From NCBI GenBank assembly GCA_038208905.1, contig JBBQYG010000006.1:1-55691 (forward strand): 55,691 bases of DNA, written 5' to 3'. A program made the position numbers and the translations under genes. This stretch comes from Candidatus Sumerlaeia bacterium (GTDB lineage Bacteria > Sumerlaeota > Sumerlaeia > SLMS01). Below, in pieces: positions 18,775 to 27,766 of the stretch. Position 1 is the stretch's first letter, and every line of letters starts with the position of its first letter. The notes below the pieces were generated by a model, which had not been told where the DNA came from, ran no database searches, and saw only the letters and a program-made list of their open reading frames with translations.

Positions 18775-19919
18775 AGCTGGGCATCTGCACATTTGGCGGC
18801 GACGGTGGCAAATCGGGGATCAGCCGATACATCGTCAGCCTGCTTCAGCAGTTTGAATCCCTCGCGTCGGACATGACAATCGATGTGATGGTCTACAAGA
18901 GCGAACTCGATGTCTTCCTACCGGCGGGATCCAAGAAGCTCCGCCCCATCGAGTTTCCCGATTCGCTCAAGCCACCGGTCAGGAACATCTTCTGGCATCA
19001 GGCGTCGCTGCCGGGCCTCTGCAGGCGGGAGGGATACGACGTGATGTTCCTCCCCGCGGCCAACCGGCGGTCGGCGCTGCGGCTCCCCTGCCCCATGGTG
19101 GGCACGGTGCATGATTTCTCGAGCATCCATGTGGCGGGGAAGTACGATCCCTCCCGGATGTTCTACATTCGGCAGGTTCTTCCCTTCCTCATTCGTCGGC
19201 TGGATCACGTGCTGACCGTGAGTGAAAGTAGCCGGCGCGACATTATCTCCTATGCCAGGGTTCCCGCGGAACGCGTCACAGTGACGCCGCTTGCGGCGGA
19301 TCACGGAGTGTACTTTCCCGGCGATGTGGAGGCGGCGCGCCGCGCCGTGGGAGAGAAGTACAAGATCAGGGCGCCCTATGTCCTCTATACATCGCGCCTG
19401 GAGCACCCGGGAAAGAATCACGTTCGGCTGATTCAGGCGTTCGACCAATTGAAGACAAGGGAGAACCTCCCCCATCAACTCGTTCTTGCGGGAAGCGATT
19501 GGTCGGGGTCGGAGCAAGTACACAAGGCCGCCAGCGCGGCGCGACATTCGGCGGACATCTGCTTTCCCGGTTTCGTTGCGGGTGGCGATCTCCCCGCGCT
19601 CTATCGCGGGGCAGAGGCCTTTATCTTCCCCTCGCTCTTCGAGGGATTCGGCCTGCCGATTCTCGAGGCGATGGCGTGTGGCACTGCCACCGCGTGCTCG
19701 AATCTCTCGTCCATGCCGGAAGTGGCCGGGGACGCGGCCCCGACTTTCGACCCCTACGATGTCGATGCCATCGCATCCGTGTTGGGCAAACTGCTGACCG
19801 ACGACGCGTGGCGCGCGAAGTGTCGCCAGGGCGGCATCGAGAGGGCGCTTCAGTTCAATTGGAAGCGGACCGCAGAGGCGACGCTCAGTGCCCTGCGATC
19901 CGCGGCGAGCAAGCACTGA
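18771..19919 (+). CDS. Glycosyltransferase family 4 (mannosyltransferase-like)
   Basis: SGISRY, TVHD, KNHVRL, EGFGLPILEAMACG. Confidence 0.9.
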   Translation: MKLGICTFGGDGGKSGISRYIVSLLQQFESLASDMTIDVMVYKSELDVFLPAGSKKLRPIEFPDSLKPPVRNIFWHQASLPGLCRREGYDVMFLPAANRRSALRLPCPMVGTVHDFSSIHVAGKYDPSRMFYIRQVLPFLIRRLDHVLTVSESSRRDIISYARVPAERVTVTPLAADHGVYFPGDVEAARRAVGEKYKIRAPYVLYTSRLEHPGKNHVRLIQAFDQLKTRENLPHQLVLAGSDWSGSEQVHKAASAARHSADICFPGFVAGGDLPALYRGAEAFIFPSLFEGFGLPILEAMACGTATACSNLSSMPEVAGDAAPTFDPYDVDAIASVLGKLLTDDAWRAKCRQGGIERALQFNWKRTAEATLSALRSAASKH

Positions 19920-19938
19920 CAGGAAAGGGCGATGTCCC

Positions 19939-20856
19939 ATGAAGGCAAACGGTTCGGAGTTCTTGCTGCTCAAGCCAACTCGGTCGGCCCCCCATGCCGA
20001 TGCGTTGGCCCGTGAGTTGGGCATGCCGCTGGCCCCAAGGGCCGAAGTCGAAACCGGAAAGACGGCTGTCGTGTTCATGGAACGCGGCATGGCAAGCGGC
20101 GGATGGCTTCGTTCCCTCGGCGATGTGGTGCTGTGTGTGCCACCCGATTTTCCGCTCGCCGACTTGACTGCCCTCTCCTTCGGGGCCTTCGGCAACGCGA
20201 TCCGCCGACTGGTGGTACACACGCCGATGCATCACCTGTTTGCGCTGGAGCGTCTTGAATTCCCGGCGCACCGTGTGGAGTTGATTCCCCCGGGTGTGGA
20301 TATACGGGCGTTCGCCTGCACGACGGAAAAGCGCGATCCAGGAATGCTCGTGGTGGCGGAGTTCGAGGGATGCGACCCGGGATTCGTCGTTCGCTCCGGC
20401 CTCAATCGTGAGGCCACCGTCGTGAAGGTTGGTGCCGCTCCCCAGCCGGAGCGCGCCGCCGCCTTTGCCCGTGCCGGTGCGGTTCTGGTCGCCGCGGCGA
20501 ACCGCGAATCAGGCGCGGGGGCCTCGCTCCTTCTGGAAGCAATGGCCTCCGGTGCGCCGGTCGCGGTTTCGCGGACATGGGGGATGGAGCACCTCCTCGT
20601 TGACGAGACGGAGGGACTGTTCTTCCCCGTGGATGGCACAAAAGGTGGCCGCGATGCCGTTCGCCGACTCCTCTCCGATCCCACCGAGGCGGCAAGGCTC
20701 GGCGCGAACGCCGCAGCGAAAGTCTCCTCGACCCTGACGATGGCTCACTACGCCGCGCGCATTCGGCGCATCGCCCTCGTTCCAGGGGACGCTGCCTCGC
20801 CGGAGTTCTTCCTGATCGCGGCCCATGGGCGTGCCGAAGCGGCGAGCAAGGGATGA
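19939..20856 (+). CDS. Divergent GT4-like glycosyltransferase
   Basis: IPPGVD, ESGAGASLLLEAMASGAPV; shortened N-terminal domain. Confidence 0.7.
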   Translation: MKANGSEFLLLKPTRSAPHADALARELGMPLAPRAEVETGKTAVVFMERGMASGGWLRSLGDVVLCVPPDFPLADLTALSFGAFGNAIRRLVVHTPMHHLFALERLEFPAHRVELIPPGVDIRAFACTTEKRDPGMLVVAEFEGCDPGFVVRSGLNREATVVKVGAAPQPERAAAFARAGAVLVAAANRESGAGASLLLEAMASGAPVAVSRTWGMEHLLVDETEGLFFPVDGTKGGRDAVRRLLSDPTEAARLGANAAAKVSSTLTMAHYAARIRRIALVPGDAASPEFFLIAAHGRAEAASKG

Positions 20857-22058
20857 TGGAATTGGGCACCACCACGCCCCCGCGGCTCTCCGCGCCCGCG
20901 CGTCTTTGGATGGCGCTGGGGCGCATCGCCTCGCCGGGCTCCGCCTTGGTGATTCTTGCCGCACGGCTGTTGACGGGCGCCAAGAACCTGAAGGGAAAGG
21001 GAATGGCGGTGATGGCAGGACGGCTTTCGCTGGTGGGCCCCGGGACGCCGAGGAAGCTCCCATCAGGGCGCATGATTCCCGCCGGAGTCTTCAGCGAAAG
21101 CGACCTCTCCCGACGGATGAATCTCGAGTTGTCCGCCGAGGAACTCGACGCCAGCTATCTGCGGCGACTCGGCCCGCGCAAGGACCTGGCGATTCTGCTG
21201 AGGGGGCTTTGGGCGTTGGCGCTTGATCGGGGCCCCGCGGAGGAGAGGGCGGACACGGATCATTTCAACCTCTTCGGGGTGATCGTCAACAACTCGGAGA
21301 CCGATCGCATTCTCAAGACCATCGAATCCCTGGCGGTGTCGCACCCGAACATGCTGATCAAGATGCTGCCGGGTGGCCCGGCGGAGCCGGCGCCGCCCAC
21401 ACACGTCTGTTTTGTGAACGCCAACAACTTCAATCTGGCGCTAGAGCGGCCCGAGTACCTGAAAGTCCTGCGGGGATCCGATCTTGTGCTTCCCGATGGG
21501 ATCGGCGTGAAGATCGGATTGCAGATGGCAGGCGGACGCCTCCGCAAGAATCTGAACGGAACAGACCTGCTCCCACATCTCTCGGAATTGTTCATCCGCC
21601 GCGACTGGCCCGTTTTTCTTCTGGGCGCGACATCCGAGGTGCTGGCCCGCGCGAAGGCGAATCTGGAGAAGCGCCACCCGGGCATCCGCGTGGCGGGAAT
21701 GCACGACGGATACTTCAAGGCCGAGAACGAAGCGGACCTGTGTGAAGAGATCAATCGCTCCGGCGCGGTCGCGTTGATCATCGGCATGGGGACTCCACGC
21801 CAGGAGATGTGGGCTGCGCGCAACGCGCAGCGGCTCCAACTGCCGCTGGTGCTCTCCATGGGCGGGCTGATCGATTTCCTGGGAGAGAAGAACCGCCGCG
21901 CGCCCCTGTGGATGAGGCAGGCCGGGCTGGAGTGGGTCTTCCGCCTTCTCCAGGAGCCCGGGCGCATGTGGCGCCGCTACATCATTGGAAATCCCGTCTT
22001 CCTCCTGCGCGTGAGGAAGTGGGTCGGGAAGAGTTCAACGCCGCGGAAAGCGAGATAG
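20853..22058 (+). CDS. WecB/TagA/CpsF family glycosyltransferase with N-terminal degenerate sugar-transferase-like domain
   Basis: FVNAN, LPDGIG, NGTDL, HDGYF, GMGTPRQE, RAPLWMR..GLEWVFRLLQEPGRMWRRY. Confidence 0.9.
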   Translation: MMELGTTTPPRLSAPARLWMALGRIASPGSALVILAARLLTGAKNLKGKGMAVMAGRLSLVGPGTPRKLPSGRMIPAGVFSESDLSRRMNLELSAEELDASYLRRLGPRKDLAILLRGLWALALDRGPAEERADTDHFNLFGVIVNNSETDRILKTIESLAVSHPNMLIKMLPGGPAEPAPPTHVCFVNANNFNLALERPEYLKVLRGSDLVLPDGIGVKIGLQMAGGRLRKNLNGTDLLPHLSELFIRRDWPVFLLGATSEVLARAKANLEKRHPGIRVAGMHDGYFKAENEADLCEEINRSGAVALIIGMGTPRQEMWAARNAQRLQLPLVLSMGGLIDFLGEKNRRAPLWMRQAGLEWVFRLLQEPGRMWRRYIIGNPVFLLRVRKWVGKSSTPRKAR

Positions 22059-22063
22059 AACCG

Positions 22064-22846
22064 ATGGCAGCGAAACCACCGGCAGGAAAGCAACTTGATC
22101 AGGGGGAGGAGGGGTTGGAGTTCACCCCGCGCGTCTTCGCCGAACTCTGCAATCCCGTGACCGGCGAGATCGATCCCGATTGGTATCGCATGCGGCTCCG
22201 CTTTCGCCATCCGATCCTCTTTTACTTCAGCATGCACTCCCCCACCGGCCGCGTGATGAAGCGGATCGTCGATGTGATTTTCTCCTTCTGCGCGATGCTG
22301 GCCCTCTCTCCCGTCTTTCTGGTCACGGCCATTGCGATCCGGTTGGAGTCGAAGGGCCCGATCTTCTTCTCCCAATCCCGCGTCGGCGTGGGCGGGCGGG
22401 AGTTCCCGTTCTTCAAGTTTCGCTCCATGGTCCCCAATGCGGAGGCCCTGAAGACACAGCTCATGGCGCAGAACGAATCAGGCCAGGGGGTGATCTTCAA
22501 AATGAAGAACGACCCCCGCGTCACGAAGGTGGGCCGCGTCATCCGCAAGTTCAGCGTCGATGAACTGCCGCAGTTCTACAACGTCCTCCGCGGAGACATG
22601 TCGGTGGTTGGGCCTCGTCCTCCGGTTCCGGGAGAGGTTGTCCAGTATCAGGTGGACGCATGGAAGCGGTTGGCGGTGATCCCCGGGCTGACGTGTGTTT
22701 GGCAGGTGAGCGGGCGCAGCAGCATCGGCTTCAAGGACCAGGTGAAGCTGGACGTGGATTACATCCTGCGCCAAAACGTCTTCTTCGACATCTACCTGAT
22801 TTACCGAACCGTTCCCGCCGTGCTGAAGGGCGAAGGGGCATTCTAA
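22064..22846 (+). CDS. Priming sugar transferase (Bac_transf; undecaprenyl-phosphate glycosyl-1-phosphate transferase)
   Basis: KRIVD, FKFRSM, DPRVTKVG, DELPQ, GDMSVVGPRP, PGLTCVWQVSGRS. Confidence 0.93.
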   Translation: MAAKPPAGKQLDQGEEGLEFTPRVFAELCNPVTGEIDPDWYRMRLRFRHPILFYFSMHSPTGRVMKRIVDVIFSFCAMLALSPVFLVTAIAIRLESKGPIFFSQSRVGVGGREFPFFKFRSMVPNAEALKTQLMAQNESGQGVIFKMKNDPRVTKVGRVIRKFSVDELPQFYNVLRGDMSVVGPRPPVPGEVVQYQVDAWKRLAVIPGLTCVWQVSGRSSIGFKDQVKLDVDYILRQNVFFDIYLIYRTVPAVLKGEGAF

Positions 22847-22863
22847 ACTGAAGGGGCGTTACC

Positions 22864-24171
22864 ATGGCAGAGAACAAGCTGAACATTCTCATCGTCGAAG
22901 ACGATCCGCAGCTGTTGCGAATCCTGCAGGCGGTGCTCAAGCAGGAGATCGAACTGCGCATCGCCAACACGGGCCGCCTGGCGCTGCAAATGATCGAGGA
23001 CCAGCCACCGTCCATCGTGCTGCTGGATATGCGACTTCCCGACATGATGGGGATGGACATCCTGAAGGAAATCGCCCGCAAGGCGATCCCCACGACGGTA
23101 ATCGTGATGACCGCGCACGGCTCCGTGGACCTTGCTGTGGACGCGATGCGCGAGGGCGCCTATGACTTCATGACGAAGCCGCTGGATTTCGAGCGCGTCC
23201 GCGTCATGGTGCGCAACGCTGTCGAGCGCCATCGAATCATCCAGGAGCTGGATAGCTACAAGACGCAGTATGAGCGCACGCGGTTCCGCGGGCTGATGGG
23301 TTCCTCGCCCGCGATGCAGCGCCTCTATCGTCAGTTGAGGAGCGTGGGCCTGGGCTCCTCACCCGCCCTGCTGGTCGGTGAACCCGGCACCGAGCTGAGC
23401 GCCTGTGCACGGGCGCTGCACGACGAGAGCGCCCGTGCCTCCGCACCCTTCGGCGAGTGCGCCGGCAGCACGCTCGGACCCGACGCGCTCGCCATCGCCC
23501 TGACCGAGTATGACCGCGGCACCCTCTCCATCTCCGCCGTGGAGGACATGCCCCGCGACGCGCGGGAAGCCCTCCTCGCCTATCTGCAGAAGGGGCGCAT
23601 TGGCGACCACGCCTGGTCGACCCGCGTGATTGCGTCCAGCCACGCCGCCCTAAACGAGCTGGCCCTTCAGGGGAGGTTCGAGAAGGACCTGCTGGTCGCT
23701 CTCGAAGTGGCCCGCATCCAGGTCTCCCCCCTGCGGGAGCGCGGCGAGGACGTACTCGACATGGCGGAGCACCTGCTCGGCGCCTATACCAGGGAGCTCG
23801 AGCGATCCTTCACGGGATTCTCCGACGAGGTCGAGGTCGCACTGGTTCACTATGAATGGCCCGGCAACCGGGGCGAGCTCGAGAAGGTGCTGCGCGCGGC
23901 AATCCAAAAGCACGAGGGGCGAACGCTGACGCTCGAAATGCTTCCGGCGGAGATTTCCGCCACGCTGGCCAAGGGAGACGCGAAGGGCGCGGCGCCCGTC
24001 CGCGGCTTGGCCGGCGGATCGATCAGACCCCTGTGGCAGGTTGAGCGTGAGGAGATCGAGAAGGCCCTCAAGCTGTGCGAAGGAAATGTCCTTCAGGCGG
24101 CGCGCCTGCTGGAGGTCAGCCCGGGCACGATCTATCGCAAGCAGCAGAGCTGGAAGTCGCGCAAGCTATAG
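22864..24171 (+). CDS. LuxO/NtrC-like response regulator (REC-AAA+-Fis HTH) with degenerate AAA+ domain
   Basis: Intact REC (EDD, LLDMRLPD, TAHGS, KP) and LuxO-like C-terminus (IRPLW...CEGN...VSPGTIYRK). Walker A is GEPGTELS, ESELFGH/GAFTGA is missing, Walker B is TLSISAV. Confidence 0.85.
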   Translation: MAENKLNILIVEDDPQLLRILQAVLKQEIELRIANTGRLALQMIEDQPPSIVLLDMRLPDMMGMDILKEIARKAIPTTVIVMTAHGSVDLAVDAMREGAYDFMTKPLDFERVRVMVRNAVERHRIIQELDSYKTQYERTRFRGLMGSSPAMQRLYRQLRSVGLGSSPALLVGEPGTELSACARALHDESARASAPFGECAGSTLGPDALAIALTEYDRGTLSISAVEDMPRDAREALLAYLQKGRIGDHAWSTRVIASSHAALNELALQGRFEKDLLVALEVARIQVSPLRERGEDVLDMAEHLLGAYTRELERSFTGFSDEVEVALVHYEWPGNRGELEKVLRAAIQKHEGRTLTLEMLPAEISATLAKGDAKGAAPVRGLAGGSIRPLWQVEREEIEKALKLCEGNVLQAARLLEVSPGTIYRKQQSWKSRKL

Positions 24172-26784
24172 GTCCGCCGCCTCCGGGCGCCCGGCATACA
24201 GTTCCGGCACCGTGTCGAGATAGGCGCGTGCCAGTTCCTCCACAATCTCCGCAAGGCGCGCCGTGCGTCCCTGCCGGATATCCGTCTGGATTCTGTTGCA
24301 GAGCGCCTGAACGCGGCGGGCACCTAGGTTGCCACTCCGGCTTTCCCACGTGTGGGCGAGCGCGCGCGCGTCGTCGGGCTTCCCATCCTTGACTGCATGC
24401 CGCATCAACTCGACGACGGGCTGGAATTCACCAATGAAGGAGCGAACCAGATCGCGCGTCAGGCTGTCGTCGGCGTCGCCGACGAGCTCGGCGAGACTGC
24501 GGAGCGGCTCGGGATCGAAGAGCGGCTCGTCATCCGCGACACCATGTGGAGCCGGCGCCACAACGGGCCTTGCGGGCGCGGAGTCGGCCATGTTCTGCAA
24601 CGCTTCGCGCAGGGTGTCCATGAGCTGCTTCGACTGCACCGGCTTCCGCAGATAGTCATCCATCCCGGCCTCGATACACCGCTCCCGGTCCCCTTGCAGA
24701 GCGTTCGCGGTCATCGCCACGATGATAGCGTGATGCCCGGACTTCTTTTCCCGCTCCCGGATGATGCCCGTTGCCGTGAAGCCGTCCATCACTGGCATCT
24801 GGCAATCCATGAGGATCACGTCATAGCGCGTCCGGTCCGCGGCATCCACGGCCTCCTGGCCGTTGGAGGCGATATCACACTGGTAGCCACCCTTTGCGAG
24901 CAGGAGCGATCCCACCCGTTGGTTGATGGGATCGTCCTCCACAAGGAGGACCAGACTCGGCTGGGGACTGGTCGCGCTTCCTGCAACGGCGTCGGGTGCG
25001 TGGGCGATGGGTCTGGACGGGTCCACCATCTCCGCGATTAATCGCTGGAGAGTCGTTCGCCGCACGGGCTTCGTCACATAGGTGCGGAAACCGCGGTCAA
25101 GATACTCCTGAGCCGCCCGTCGCGATGGAATGGAAGTAACGAGCACGAGTTGCCCGAAATCAGGCGATGGACCCGCCGCCGCGAACCCGGCCAAGTCCTC
25201 CGCGTCGGAATCGATGTAGCTGATGGCGGGGCGAAATCCTTCGGCCAGGAAAGCCTTCGCCGCGGGAAGGCTGTCCGCTTCGCGGACCACGACGCCCCAG
25301 ATTTCGAGCTGCTGTGCAAGCACCCGGCGCGTGAGCTCCGTGGGATCGACGATCAACATCTTGATCCCGCGCATCTTCGCGCTGCGGATGCGCGTGGCGC
25401 TCATCGCTTCGGCAACAACAGCGCGCAGCACAATCGCCATGCTGAACGTCGTCCCCTTGCCGACCTCGCTCTCCACAACCAGCTGCGTGCCAAACAAGTC
25501 CGCCAGCATGCGCGAGATCGCAAGCCCCAGCCCGGTCCCACCATACTTGCGGACAATCGATGCGTCGAGCTGGATGAACGGCTGGAAGAGCCGCCCGACC
25601 GACTCCTCGGGAATCCCAATCCCCGTGTCGGTTACGCGGAAGTTCATCTTCACTTCCTTCCCGGAGACCGAGACGACATCCGCCCCGAGCAGGACGCTCC
25701 CCTTCTCCGTGAACTTCACCGCGTTGCTCAGCAGGTTCATCAGGATTTGCTGAAGCCGGGCGCGATCACCCATCACGTGCTCCGGCGCACCGGGGTCCAA
25801 CTGGAGCGCCACGCTCAGCCCCTTGCGCTGCGCCTGGGCCGCCACCATGTCCAGGCTCTCCTCCAGCAACGTCCGAAGGGGGAACTCGGACTCCTCCATC
25901 TCCACCTTCCCGCTCTCGAGCTTGGAGAGGTCGAGGATGTCGTTGATGAGCATCAGGAGGTTCTCGCCACAGGTCTGAACCGTGCCGAGGAACTCCCGCT
26001 GGCGCGTGTCCATCTGCGTATCGAGGAGAAGCTCCGTCATGCCGATGATGCCATTCAGCGGCGTGCGGATTTCGTGACTCATATTCGCCAGAAAGCGGCT
26101 CTTGGCCTCCGTCGCGGCCTGGGTCTCCTTCGCCAGCTCGCGCGCCATTTGGTTCGCAACCCCCAACTGCCGGTTCAGTTCTGCCAGGTCGCGATGGGAA
26201 TCCTTCAGTTCGTTGTGGATACGATCCCGCACAACGGAACTCGCCAGCGTACCGGCGAAGGCGGCAAGCAGGCTCAACTCCTCCCCCGTGAGTTGTGGTT
26301 GAGCGATATTCTGACTGAGTCGAAGCACACCCCAGATGAACCCGCCGAGCATCACGGGGATGAAATAGATGCGACCACCATCGCCCGGGCGAGTGACAAT
26401 CTTTCCGGCCAGAAGGCGCGCATCGTCGGGCGCGAACTCCTCCTTGAATCGCCGCAGTCCCCCACTGGTCGCACTCATCGTCGACGGCCAGGCCTGGAAC
26501 GGAGCGCTCAGCAAGTCGCCCGTCGCCACGTCGAACTCATTCGCATACAGCAGGGCGACCTCACAGAGCGCCCCCTCCACCACCAAGTGAAGCGCCTCGG
26601 GAACGGCAAACTCCATCTGGTCATGCACACGGATGGCGAGCAAGTCCTGCGTCGCCTGCGCCGTCGTGCGCAACAGCGCCATCAGCCGCACACCATCCGC
26701 GTTCGACTCGCGATCCTGCCCGGTATCCTGCCGCAGCGCCTTCAGGCGGGCATCTTCATCGGGACGAGTCGAGTCAGCTGGCAT
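24166..26784 (-). CDS. Cytoplasmic hybrid sensor histidine kinase (GAF-like, HisKA, HATPase, degenerate REC, REC, HPt)
   Basis: FLANMSHEIRTPLNG, NLLSNAVKFT, DTGIGI, GGTGLGLAI, LMDCQMPVMDG, HPt ALAHTWESRSGNLGA; no TM helices. Confidence 0.93.
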   Translation of the reverse strand: MPADSTRPDEDARLKALRQDTGQDRESNADGVRLMALLRTTAQATQDLLAIRVHDQMEFAVPEALHLVVEGALCEVALLYANEFDVATGDLLSAPFQAWPSTMSATSGGLRRFKEEFAPDDARLLAGKIVTRPGDGGRIYFIPVMLGGFIWGVLRLSQNIAQPQLTGEELSLLAAFAGTLASSVVRDRIHNELKDSHRDLAELNRQLGVANQMARELAKETQAATEAKSRFLANMSHEIRTPLNGIIGMTELLLDTQMDTRQREFLGTVQTCGENLLMLINDILDLSKLESGKVEMEESEFPLRTLLEESLDMVAAQAQRKGLSVALQLDPGAPEHVMGDRARLQQILMNLLSNAVKFTEKGSVLLGADVVSVSGKEVKMNFRVTDTGIGIPEESVGRLFQPFIQLDASIVRKYGGTGLGLAISRMLADLFGTQLVVESEVGKGTTFSMAIVLRAVVAEAMSATRIRSAKMRGIKMLIVDPTELTRRVLAQQLEIWGVVVREADSLPAAKAFLAEGFRPAISYIDSDAEDLAGFAAAGPSPDFGQLVLVTSIPSRRAAQEYLDRGFRTYVTKPVRRTTLQRLIAEMVDPSRPIAHAPDAVAGSATSPQPSLVLLVEDDPINQRVGSLLLAKGGYQCDIASNGQEAVDAADRTRYDVILMDCQMPVMDGFTATGIIREREKKSGHHAIIVAMTANALQGDRERCIEAGMDDYLRKPVQSKQLMDTLREALQNMADSAPARPVVAPAPHGVADDEPLFDPEPLRSLAELVGDADDSLTRDLVRSFIGEFQPVVELMRHAVKDGKPDDARALAHTWESRSGNLGARRVQALCNRIQTDIRQGRTARLAEIVEELARAYLDTVPELYAGRPEAADL

Positions 26785-27089
26785 GCCGGGCTCCGGGACT
26801 AAGGGGCTTGGATTTTTCCACTGCGGGCATCTTGAACTCCAACCATCCCGATTCCTTCAAGAACGAATGCCCCCGATCCAATGCGCGGATCTGCTGGTTC
26901 CAGCGCTGCGCAATGGTCTTTTCTGAAGGGTGCAAGAAAGGCGGGCCGGGTTTCATGCCGTGGCTTTCATAATCCGAAGCTTGCCTCACAGTGTTTGCCT
27001 TGAGCGACGCGGGCGAGGGCAAAACGAACTCTGGGCCCCTCCCCATGAAGGAGCCCAGATTGTTGAACCATCATGGCTTGCGAAGAAAA

Positions 27090-27174
27090 TGGTGCCGTCG
27101 AGAGGAGTCGAACCTCCACGGTGTTACCCACACGGACCTGAACCGTGCGCGTCTGCCAGTTCCGCCACGACGGC
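27090..27174 (-). tRNA. tRNA-Leu(CAG)
   Basis: GCCGTCG acceptor stem, D-loop TGGCAGAC, anticodon arm CACGG-TTCAGGT-CCGTG, long variable arm, GGTTCGACT, 3' CCA. Confidence 0.96.
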
Positions 27175-27278
27175 ACCGGGCGGTGCTCGCAGCTATTCGC
27201 CGCGAGGGGGGAAAGTGTCGGCGGGGGAGGGCCGTCGCGCAACGGGAAAGTTTGCGGCCTTTGGGGGAGAAATCCGGG

Positions 27279-27731
27279 TCAGGGCTTGCGGCTAAGGCGG
27301 ATCCCCTTGATGGGAACCGCCTCGTAGGACTCTCCGGAGAGCCGGTCGATCACATAGTGGATCTGCGCCGTCTCGCTGTCCAAGAGGCGCTCGAAGCGGA
27401 GACCGAGGACGCAGTGGGCGGAGTCCTCGGGCGTGCGGCGGAGGTACTGGCTGCGGACGATGCGGCTCTTCAGTTCAAGGGGGCGGGCGAGATAGGGAAG
27501 CTCGATGGTCACCTTGGCCCAGTGCGATCCGTCGGCGACGAGTTCGGCTTGCTCGGGGCTGACTTGGTAGCTCTTCAGGCGCATTCCCGTTTCTGAAATG
27601 TCCATCGCCACGCCACGGACTGGCGTTGCGGAAAAGGTCTGCTCGGGAACAAGCAGCGACAGCATCACATCCGCCGAGAGGGGGAGGCGGCGCGACTGGC
27701 GGCGGTCGTCTGGGGGATCGGGCGGAGGCAT
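27279..27731 (-). CDS. PilZ domain protein (c-di-GMP receptor)
   Basis: RRQSRR (RxxxR) and DISETG (DxSxxG), LGLRF. Confidence 0.85.
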   Translation of the reverse strand: MPPPDPPDDRRQSRRLPLSADVMLSLLVPEQTFSATPVRGVAMDISETGMRLKSYQVSPEQAELVADGSHWAKVTIELPYLARPLELKSRIVRSQYLRRTPEDSAHCVLGLRFERLLDSETAQIHYVIDRLSGESYEAVPIKGIRLSRKP

Positions 27732-27766
27732 GGTGTCTATACGCGGTCGGTTTCGGTAGGGCGCCG

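Noticed and set aside
26774-27046. Small ORF upstream of the hybrid kinase
   Set aside because: No motifs or clear RBS; cannot be supported, though not excluded.
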